The position numbers and the translations under genes were made by a program. A stretch of DNA of 62,209 nt, the filler included. It is 13 parts of 13 records of this genome, joined end to end, with 100 filler letters (N's around TTAATTAATTAA, not from the genome) between each part and the next. Parts side by side here need not be neighbours in the genome. Positions count along the whole stretch, not along the records: positions 22,109 to 27,264 come from SRR15195285_6530; positions 27,365 to 33,968 come from SRR15195285_6535; positions 34,069 to 37,957 come from SRR15195285_6537; 10 more parts are not named here. The stretch is one strand, 5' to 3'. The notes beneath the pieces were generated by a model that worked only from the letters and a program-made list of their open reading frames with translations, was not told the origin of the DNA and ran no database searches. Positions 24,083 to 34,440 of the stretch are shown one piece after another (the stretch's first letter is position 1; each line of letters opens with the position of its first letter).

Positions 24083-27000
24083 TTATTCCACAGCGCGCTC
24101 GTGCTCCCACGCTCTCTGCATTGCCTTCACGAGATCTCCCGCAAACGCAGACTCGTTAAACAACGGACAGGTCCGCGACGGGGTCGGCAACACTGGATGA
24201 TACGCGCGCGATAGTCGGCCCACTCGCTGCTGGTAGCCATCCTTCCTCTGCTCTGCCTTTGCGTTTGAGTGTGCAACTGCTGCATCCTCATAGGCTTTGA
24301 GGCTCGGCTCAACATTAATGCCGCCACCCACTGCTGTCATCAGCGACGCTCCGACGCGGTTTGCCATCTGCCCGCCGGCCACAGTAATAATTGGTAGGCC
24401 CATATACAGCGCGTCCAACCCAACCGTGTGAGCACCATAAGTGAGCGTGTCGAGGAACAAATCGCATTGTCCAAGTCTCTGCATGTAGTCTTCATAGGTA
24501 CGGTCACGCCCGGCATCAATTCCATTCACCTGACCCCGGGCTGCTGCCTCCTTAAGAAGGTTCCGTTTTGCATCATGAAATTGACCATCCATCCAGAACT
24601 CCCATCTGCGATGCGCTCTGCGCAAAACGTTCGACCACAGCGTCATTGCAGTGGCATCAACCTTCGCTGCACGATTGTTCGCGCACAGCCGTAGTAGTAT
24701 CGCAGTGTTGTTTACAACTGGTGGTGCCTGGTGCACCACATCTGCACGCTCAACTTCTTGCGAAGGCTCCGCCAGAATAGCGATGCCGGCTTGCCTCAAT
24801 TCAGTGGTCGTGTTTAAAGAAGGATACCGTGTGAGCAGGTCCAGCAGCTGTTGTGCAACAGCATCCAGTCTCAAATTGTCGAGCTCCTGACTCCATGCGC
24901 TGTCCACATCGACCCAAGAATGGATGCGTCGAGTTGACAATTTTGGTGCACTTTCAGAGCCTTGTTGCTGTGGCAGCCTCGACGTAGCATCATCTGTACT
25001 GATACTGCCAGGATCAGACTGGTTCATTTTGTCGAGTTGAGGCACTGGGATCGACAGCGAGCGCCGGTATCCACATGCGATGAAGGAGAACGGCATGTAC
25101 ATGACTTGCTCTGATACCATATCTGGCAGCGCCAGCTCCGGAGGTAGCACAACCTTGTCGGCGAGGAGGTAAGGTAGAGTGTCCGGCGGCATACCTGTAC
25201 TGGCAGGGAACCCTTGCATTGAGATAGCCACTGGCGCGGGGCGTCGCAGTGCGATCCCGATGCGTCTGTGAAGGGTGTGTCCCTGCATTTCCAGCAGGAC
25301 ATGAATTCCTTCATCGCCCACTATCTGAGCAGCAGCCTCATCAGTAATTCCATGTATGTTATGCCAGCTATCCACATGTGATCTGATCGCCTGCTGGACC
25401 TTGTCATCTGGTTTTTCCGGACACATGCTGAAAACAACCACGTGAACATGCAAGCCATGGTGTTCCCGGATTGACTGCAGCACACCCAGGAGGGTCTGCG
25501 CTACAGGGTGATGTCTCATGTCAGCTGACAAAATACCGATCCGTAGTGACGTCGCGAGATTCAACCAGTCCCTGTACTGGGACGCAAGACTCACTGCATC
25601 ACTGTCTTTAAGTCTAGCAGCAGTAGCGACGTGTTTCTTTGCCACCCGCAAGCTCGTTGCGGCGGAGTTGACATACAACAGAGATTCGTATGGGTCCGTA
25701 GCTTGGAGTGCAACAGTGTCACCTGACGCCAGCCGCTTGATCAACACTGGAAGGAGATCATGCAGATGACGCCAGTCGCAAGCCTTGTTAGCTTGTTCTA
25801 CAGCAAGGGTCAAAAACTTCATCCGATCAGCCTTTCGTTTCTGAACTTCATCCTGGGACACTTCCGAGTTTCGATTGTAGTGAGCAGAGAGTCGGTACGC
25901 TTTACGGAACGACTTCGCAGCCAACTGATGGTTACCTAGGTCCTTGTGCACGATCCCCAGATTGTACCAAATCTACATCAGTTCGTTGGAGTAAGACCAA
26001 GTACAGTCAAGACAGATGCACGGCGACGCAGCATGCAGACTAGGGGCGGACCTCAAACTCCTCGTTTTCGAAAGTCTGTTCCTCGGTATCAGTTCGCACA
26101 TCACTGTCAACAACTGTTGCTAGCGCTTTTTTCAAATAGTCTACTGCTTCCTCCCAGTTGCCCGTCTCGTGCAGCAGCACGCCCATGAACGTAAGGTAGT
26201 CACGATTGGTCGGCGCCAACTCCAACGCAGCCGACAAATGCTCGTGCGCAGGATAATAGTCTTGCTGCTGATGCCGATTCCAGGCCATGCGGTACAGCAA
26301 GTCGTCATCATTAGGGTGCGCAACTGCCAATCTCTCGTATGCTGCATAAGCCTCAGCAGCGTTTCCACTGGCCTCCAGTTCGCTGATAGCAACAATCGCT
26401 TCTCGTAATGAGCCACCGCTCCCAGCTTTGGCGGTGCTGTCAGCGCGGAGGCGCGACAGCCGCTGCGAAAATCGTGCGTTTGATGGTTCCAGTGCGACTG
26501 CGATAGAACTCTGTTCCAGTGCCTCTGGCGTGCGATGCAACGCCTCGAGGACGGCTGCCAAGTCGTCATGCCAACGTGGCGGCGGCTCCGGCGCCTTAGC
26601 TTTGCGCAAGGCCGCTTGTAGATGCTCCGCCGCGCGATGCTCGCTGTGAGCCTTCACGAGCACCATCCCGAGATTGTATTCTAGGCCCGCGAATTGGTCG
26701 TCCAACTCGATTGCTTTAGTCAGCACCTCCTCAGCCTGGGCGTAACGCCCGAGCTGCTTATAGACGGCGCCGAGATTGTTTGCGGCGTGTGCAAATGCTG
26801 GGTCGAGCGCCAATGCTTGCTCGTAAGCAGTGGTCGCTTGTTCCAGTTGACCACGTTGCTGCCATAGGCGTCCTATGTCAAAGTGCGAGACGGGCTCGTT
26901 GCCGTACTCCGCGACCGCAAGCGCCCTGCATCCATCAGCCTCGACTAATTTGCCAGCGGCCTCCAGACCCGCAGAGGCGTCTCTCAGCGCCCACACGTCC

Positions 27001-27125
27001 CGCGCTGCAGCAACAGTCGCGCGTGGGCAGGCCTCCGAAGGTAGCTGCACCGGTGAAACACTCGTCACGCTGTACAGGAGCCCGACAGTCAACCGCGAAA
27101 GACACGCTGGTGGGCAGCGCTGCAT
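24083..27125 (-). CDS. TPR-containing glycosyltransferase family 41 (O-GlcNAc transferase/SPINDLY-like); 2 exons; alternative start at 27218
   Basis: Multiple TPRs (AYEQALALDPAFAHAANNLG). GT41 motifs RIGILSADMRHHP, IHVLLEMQGHT, RPAPV..GFPASTG, DLFLDTLTYGAHT..DALYMGLPIIT..RVGASL. Intron about 25974-26052. Confidence 0.88.
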
Positions 27126-28030
27126 AGTAGCGTGACACCACCGCTTTTCACATCTGCCGCCAACGCGGAACCGCGAACGTGCGAAATTCATCCCGGCTCC
27201 GGCACTCGACAACGACATACCACCATCTGATTTCGGGTTGGATTCGTTGGGAGTATGGAAAACTNNNNNNNNNNNNNNNNNNNNNNNNNNNNNNNNNNNN
27301 NNNNNNNNTTAATTAATTAANNNNNNNNNNNNNNNNNNNNNNNNNNNNNNNNNNNNNNNNNNNNCATTGGCACCGATCATATATGGGCTATGTTTCATCA
27401 GTTGTCACCGGCCAGGACGACCGTGCGTTCGAAGTTGAATTGTAGCCACTCATGTTCTAGCAGATCTACTACAGCTGTACTACAGTACTAGTACCGGTAG
27501 TACTGTACTAGTACTACACGTGTAGTATACTCCGGGAATACTGTACTACCGGTACTCCGCAGTAGCGTAGGATTCCGAGTGCGCAATCGCGGCCGACTCC
27601 GCCCGACCCCGGGGGGATGGACGTCGACGCGCGACGCCAGGTTCTGTCGATTCTGCTCTTGGATTATGGATACCTGGTATTCGAATAATCGATTGGTGGC
27701 GGTGGGCAGCTGTTCCGTGTTCGATCTATCTCCGATCCCGCGCGCCGCGAGCGATCCGCGTCCAGCGCGCGCGGCGTCCCGGTCCGTCGCGTACGACGAC
27801 CGTGTGTACACGTTGTTGCGTACGTGCCGGAAGCGCGTATCGGGCGATATTCGCGCCGCGCCAGCGAGACCGACGCCACGTGCTCCGTTCGTCTGCCGCA
27901 GGCGCAGGGCTGCTTGGCTGCCAGCGGGCGGACCTGCCTTCGGTTCAGCTGGATGTGAGGTGGCCCAGTCATTATTTTGCGCAGTGACTTGGCTTGCTTG
28001 GCACTGGGAGACGGTGAGAACAGCAGCGGC

Positions 28031-30266
28031 ATGGTTGCCCTGGCTCGGCGTGTGGCCACCACGGAAGCCACGCGGTACACTAGCAGCTGCGGGCGCCGGC
28101 AGCTCGCCAGCACGCTCACCGACACCGCACGGACGACAACGCCTGTGGCGATCGTTGGCGCTGGGCCAGTGGGACTTACGCTTGCCCTACTGCTCTCCAA
28201 ATTTGGCGTGAGATCCACAGTAGTAGAGCGACTGCCTGCACCCTCTGTCCATCCGCAGGCGCATTTTATCAACGTGCGCTCCATGGAAGTCTTCCGTTCG
28301 ATAGTCAACCACGAGGGTCGCTCCGTTGCCGACGCAATAACAAGTCTGGCGCGGCCGAGGGCAGAGTGGTCGCGCTTTCTCTACAACGCAGGGCCCCTGC
28401 TGCACGGAACTAGCCTTGGTTCAACCAACCACTTTCCACCTGAAACACTGCTATCGATTAGAGAGCAATCACCCGAGCTGCCGACCCATCTTCCGCAGCA
28501 TCAGCTGGTACCGATACTGCTAGAAGCTCTAACACAACGACCCCAAAGTCACGCCCCGTGCGACATTCACTGGTGCGTCACGCAGCAGCTCCTTCGGCTG
28601 CTTGCCGCAACTGTGAACAGCGTCGCTTACTCGTCGGTCTGCACGCAGGGGAGCGGAGTGCACTGGCATAACACCTCAATGCCGAGGTGGCGCAACCCTC
28701 ACGATCAGTGGTGGGCAGCAGCTGCATGCCCAGCAGGTTATCTGTTGTGACGGAGCCAACTCCCCCACCCGGACAGCGCTGGGGATAGGGCTCAAGGCAC
28801 TGCACCCGATGGAGCAGCAGATGATCAATGTGCACTTCACGTCTGCAGCTCTGGCCGCAGCCTTGCGAGAGCGCAATGCGCAGGCTATGCTCTACTTCGT
28901 GTACGCACCAGATGTCATTGGGGTGATTGTGGCCCACAACCTTGGTACTGGCGAGTTCGCACTGCAGCTGCCTAGTTTTGGCCCACACCTCGATCCCAAG
29001 GAGCTTGCAGCACTCTTCACTGATCAGCATTGCGCAAAGCTGGTCCGGCTTGCGACCATTGGCAGTTCCAGGAACTACAATACGCCAACGCTAAGCGACA
29101 TTGAGGTCAGATCCGTTGCTGGCTGGACGATGCGCGCTGCGGTTGCGCAACGTTGGGTTGCTGGCAATGTGCTGCTCTGTGGCGATGCAGCGCATGTGTT
29201 CCCACCTGCTGGAGGATTTGGAATGAATACGGGCATACAAGATGCCCACGCACTCGCTTGGCGTCTGGCTGTTCTACGCGCCGGTGAGCACGAAGATTGG
29301 CGCCACCATGAATCCACAAAGGACGCTACCCGCCTACTCGCAGGCTATGAAAGTGAGCGACGGCAAATTGCCGAAGCCAACTCAGCTTTGTCGATACGCA
29401 ACTACTACGGCGTGGCAGAACTGAGCGCTGAACTTGGATGCAACCCTGCCAATGCGGAGCTCGCCGCATCAGTCGCATCGACACTGTTGCCGCCACAAAT
29501 ATTCGGCAGCAGTTTTGCGCGCGGGCTCGTCGAGAGCACGGTGGCTCTTGCAGCGCAGGGGGTGCTGTCGGAACAGTCACTAAAATCACCCTTAGCCTTC
29601 GGCCCGTCACGGGTTGCAGCAGCCGCTGCGCGCATTGAAAGTGGTTCGACGCTAAGACTTCACTTTCCAGCTGAAGATCTCGGATTCTGCTATCGACAGC
29701 ACAGCGCAAACAGCAGAACGTCCGTAAACGGTGTTGCCGCAGGGCATCGCCAGGGGGGTGGAGAGTACAGGCCGCAGACGGCGGAGGGTGCGAGGCTGCC
29801 CCTCTTTCGTGTGGTACAGTGCTCCAACGGCAACAACGGCGATGGCAGTCGCATTGATGGCGATGCCACAACGGAGCAAAACTACTGGAGTGTCGATGCA
29901 ATAGGACACCCGGCAGGCCGTCCTAAGATGACTCTCTTCGTACAGCGTGGTCATTCCGACAGCGAGCGTTGGCGCACGGCAGCTATTGCCGTTGGTGGCG
30001 ATTCAGTGCGGGTGCACGGAGTGGAGCCGAAGGTGTGGAAGCAGCTGCAAGAGTTGAATCCAATATGCAACGAACTGCACGCATTGCTCGTGAGGCCCGA
30101 TGGTCATATCTGGCGACGCTTTCCAAGGCCAGATAGCTGTGGTGTTGATGAAATCGAAGGAGCGGACGGATCAACAGAGGAGGATCTTCTAGCGGCAGCT
30201 GTGAAGCTCGCGCTTGGTTGCAAAGCAAGTGACGGCCTGATGCATGGAGAAAATGCATCTACATGA
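28031..30266 (+). CDS. FAD-dependent aromatic monooxygenase (PheA/TfdB, FAD_binding_3 family); 2 exons
   Basis: VAIVGAGPVG, CDGANS after intron about 28574-28648, LCGDAAHVFPPAGGFGMNTGIQDAHALAWRL, YESERR, C-terminal LVRPDGH. Confidence 0.93.
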
Positions 30267-31052
30267 CAGGCCGACTAATACGACTAATACCTCTCCATCA
30301 TACCATCCAGTGCAACCTGCTTTAGTGCACTTGTTCGCACTATGACAAGTTTGGCAGAGCAGCTGACTACTTGATGAGACTTATCGAAGGGAGTCGCGCG
30401 TCTGGGGAACAAGACGGCTCCTGAGAGCCAGGGTCGCTCACGTCTCGGACGTGCGGGTGGCTGAGCGTTTAGGTAGCGGCAAGCTATTTGGAGAACGTGA
30501 TTTGTTCTTATCATTTCGGTTTACCTTCAGGTACATGTACATGTGCTGTACATGAGTAAATTGGGACAGATGGTGTCACGCAACTGAGTATTGAATTCTA
30601 GCATGCCATTAGCCCTAGCATATGTCCGGACTCTCTCCCCACCAAGCCAGCGGCATGGAGAGCTGGGGGCTGGGGACTGGGGCTCACAGTCGCTATCTAA
30701 CTGTGATCTCATGTTTTGCGATTGCGAGTTCTGTAGCTGGCTGTGCTGGGCGAAGGGGGCAATGGAAATGCCCATCTGACTGTCATGCCGACACCGTCTG
30801 AATTGGGAGTTTGGGATTGGGCAGTCAGTCCCTGAGTCGAGTGAGACCGCGATATCAGTCAGGGGTACCGTACGATTCATCCCAGTGCGTGAGTGCGAGG
30901 GGACGCGCCGGTGCATGATCTCGCGACGGAAAAGGCACGCAGGGGCCGGGGCTGGTCTCGCACGCATCCGCCGCCGCGGTGCAGGCGGAGTGAGGGAAGG
31001 CGCCCGGTGATCGAAAGAAGGCGGCTGGATCCAGAGGGATCGTGGCGGCACG

Positions 31053-32107
31053 ATGCAGGACAGCCTCGTGTCGAACGCGGGCGAGTCGGAGGATGATTCG
31101 ATGGCGGCACCAACTTGTTGCCACATGCTGCTGGGGTCGTGCTTCCGCATGATGACGGAGGCGAAGGCGGACCTCGAGGAAAAGATTGAGGTCGCGGCGC
31201 ACGTGACAGGAATCACGGAGATTACAGGCACTCTAGGCCCAACTAAGATGATGCTCTGCAAGCCAGATCTCAGCGACAAGCACGAGCGCTGGTTCCGCAT
31301 CGACGCAGACGCGTGCACTATCGAGTGGTCTAAAAATGCACAGGGCGACATGCTGGTCCTGCCGACGAAGGGCCCGTTCGGAATCCTCTCCGTCGAAGAG
31401 GTGCAGGGCGGCATCCTGGAAATCCAGACAAGCTGCTGCAGCACGGGCGCCAAGGGCCTTGAAGCCAAGTTCCGGCAGAACTCCGGGGAAATTGTGCGCA
31501 TCAAGCCTGGTGGCGGCTATCAGACGTGGCTGGAGTGCTGCACGTCGGTGGTGGCAAAACGAAAGGGGGGTAGCTGGGTTCAGGACACCGCTGCGTCTAT
31601 GACAACCTGCACGGGGGTGCGCGGACCGACCTCCATAATGCTTTGCAAGTCGAATCTCAAGAACAAGCACGCGCGGTCAATCCGGATAAATTGTGACGAG
31701 TGCACCATCGAGTGGGCGGAGAAATGGCAAGGCGAGGGCGCTGCAGCGGTTCGGAAGGGTGGGAAAGGTCCCTATCTACTCACTGCCGTGAGAGAAGTGC
31801 AACCGGCGGTAACGAAGCTTGTTGACACGGTACGCCTGCACGTCCTCGTTCGGTCAGCAGTATACAGATTCTGGCTGTTGCACACATTTTGTCGACCACC
31901 TGTTGTGACCTGCAATTTTGGCCCCCGCGCGGTGCTTTGCTCGCGGCGTAGGGACAGACAAAGGACACGGTGATGTGTTTGGAGCTGACCACCAATTCGC
32001 CGGAGCCCGGGCCGTGGCTGAGGCCGGAGTTAGATGAGTACGACGAGTGGCTTGCTTTGCTGAAAGCTGTGGCTATGAAAGGAGCAGCACTGGAAAAGAT
32101 GCGATGA
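31053..32107 (+). CDS. Protein with two tandem PH-like repeats (2 exons)
   Basis: Internal duplication GPTKMMLCKPDLSDKHERWFRIDADACTIEW..KGPF versus GPTSIMLCKSNLKNKHARSIRINCDECTIEW..KGPY; each repeat ends in a Trp-containing helix (YQTWL, YDEWL). Intron about 31830-31950. Confidence 0.6.
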
Positions 32108-32257
32108 TAAATATGTAGAACTGACAATGGAAAATCACATACACAATGATGAGCACACAGTGAAGTACATAAAACACGGTCAATTCAACTGGGTTGTGAG
32201 CCAGGTGTACGTCGCAGAAGACCATTTGAAAAAAAGCGCACACTCCTGTAGGGCTGC

Positions 32258-33513
32258 TCAGAGCTTCGGAACAAGTGGCTGCCGCTTGTGCGAGGCGGCC
32301 CTTGCACCGAACGCTGCGCCGATCAGGCCAGCATCCGGTCCGGCAGATGCCATGGCGAATTCTGTTGGCGTCGGTAGAACCGTCCATGTCAATGCATGAA
32401 CGTGTTTGTTGAGTAAGCTCAGCAGCAGCTCGCCAGCCTGGCCGCTAGTAGCACCACCGCTGCACCAGCCCATGCAGCCGCCCAGTCAGCATTAATCATC
32501 GCCGAATCAAAACGGCACGAGAAAATGAGTTTGCTGCTTCTAACTCGGCGCGCACCTGAAGACAATGATCGCGGGATCGACTATACGGGCAAAGTTGAGG
32601 CAACCCGCTGCAAGATACATCGCCGTTTCGTCAACGATTTGGAGTGCCAGGTCGTCGCCGCCAATGGCAGCGTCGAAGATTGCCTTGTTGTCTAGCGACG
32701 AGCTTCCATCCTTTTTTGCACACGGTGCCAGGGTGGAGCTTGAGGCACCTGAGTCTGCCTCCAACGCTTCCTCGGCGCGCTTCACGACCGAAGTGGCAGA
32801 ACAGTACGCCTCTAAACAACCTGCGGTGGTAGTGTGCGCGGAGTGAGGCTTGGTCGTTGGCCATAGGCAAGAGTGATATGAATTGTGCGATGTCAGCCAG
32901 TCGTCTGAGACAGGATACGGAGAACAGTGTGGTAACGGCAGCGTGGTGACCAACCTGACTGTCCACACGGGCATGGGCGTCCGCCGACCGCCTGCACGAT
33001 GTGGTGGCCGCCCTCGATGGTGCCGGTGGCACCGCGGACGACTTCGCCACCGAGGATCACTCCCACGCCAACGCCTGTGCCTAGTGTAACAAAGACCATA
33101 TCCTCGAACCCCCCTGCTGCAGCTGCCCCGACCCATAACTCAGCTGCAGCCGCTGCGTCTGCGTCGTTCGCGAGGGTGGTGGGACGTCCACCACACAGCT
33201 TACACAAGCTGTCTTGAAGCGGCACGTCTCTCCATGACGGAAAGTTACTCGCACCCGTCACAACGCCATCTTCGATGGAGCCGGGCGCGCCGACCCCGAC
33301 CCCCAACACCTCGTCCCACGCGACTCCGATCTCCTCAATGGCAGCCTCAGCGCACTGGTGGAGCCGTCGGATGACATGTTCGCTGTCCAGATCACCGTCA
33401 TGTGGGATGGCATGGGAGGACAACACGGTTCCATCGTCGGAGATTGCTGCGGCCTTCGCATTGGTGCCGCCAAGGTCGATACCCACCCACACGCCAGGCT
33501 GCTGGGGTGGCAT
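32258..33513 (-). CDS. ROK-family sugar kinase (glucokinase-like); 3 exons
   Basis: GIDLGGT, GVGAPG, NDADAAA.AE, TLGTGVGVG, EGGH, zinc motif CPCGQS/GCLE, AGLIGAA. Confidence 0.93.
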
Positions 33514-34440
33514 GCGTGGCTCGACGGACGCGAGCGGACCCGCCCGCCGGCGCGTGGCACCGCCGCGGCCACAATGACAAAGTCCATCCTCGGGCGCCGG
33601 CGGGGTCAATTCATTCTGTGGTGAAAATGTGATATTTGGGGTCAGTTTTTCTGGGCGCTCGAGGGAATCCTGACTGCTTCTGAAAATTGTCGATCACCGG
33701 CATGCAATATATATATATAATGGGATTGGGCAGTCAGAGATGCAAATTCTGACTGCCCGCTCCGCCCGGCAGCATTCGCGTCTGCGTGAAAACGCTTGCG
33801 CGGCCACAACACCCTCCCACCCAGACTCCAGCAGCGATTCGGAAACGGACACCGACGCCGTCAAGAAGGAGGCCGCTGAGTTGTTTTAGGCCGCGATAGT
33901 GCGTGCAAGTCGCTCGCATGTTAATATATGCGGCCTCTAAGCGCAGCAGCGCCAAGAACGCCGTCCGTNNNNNNNNNNNNNNNNNNNNNNNNNNNNNNNN
34001 NNNNNNNNNNNNTTAATTAATTAANNNNNNNNNNNNNNNNNNNNNNNNNNNNNNNNNNNNNNNNNNNNAGGCAAGCAGGCAAGCAGGCAAGCAGGCAACA
34101 CCGCAAAACCCACAACCGAGTATGGGGAAACTTGGCGAGGTGCGAAGACAGAAACTCCTTTACCGGACTGTGTCTATGGCGCACTAGATCGCCCAGCTGT
34201 GCCGCCCAGCTGAAGGCCAGCTGTGCCGCCCAGCTGAATCCCCGCATTGCTCTTATAAAATTGTGGTTGCTCCGCGCAGATTATCAACCAGTTCATCTAT
34301 CCTCTGCTATATCTAGCCAACGGGCTGGTTTTTCTGAGCAGCTTCATCGTCATCGCCCTCGGTGCGCCGTCGTTCGACTGACGTAGTGTCCTTCGAACGT
34401 GCAATCCGTATCCCTTACGCTGCGTTTTTCGCGCGCGCAG

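Noticed and set aside
34193-34238. 22-bp tandem duplication CCAGCTGTGCCGCCCAGCTGAA
   Set aside because: Real, but a single local duplication in presumed intron sequence with no further structure.
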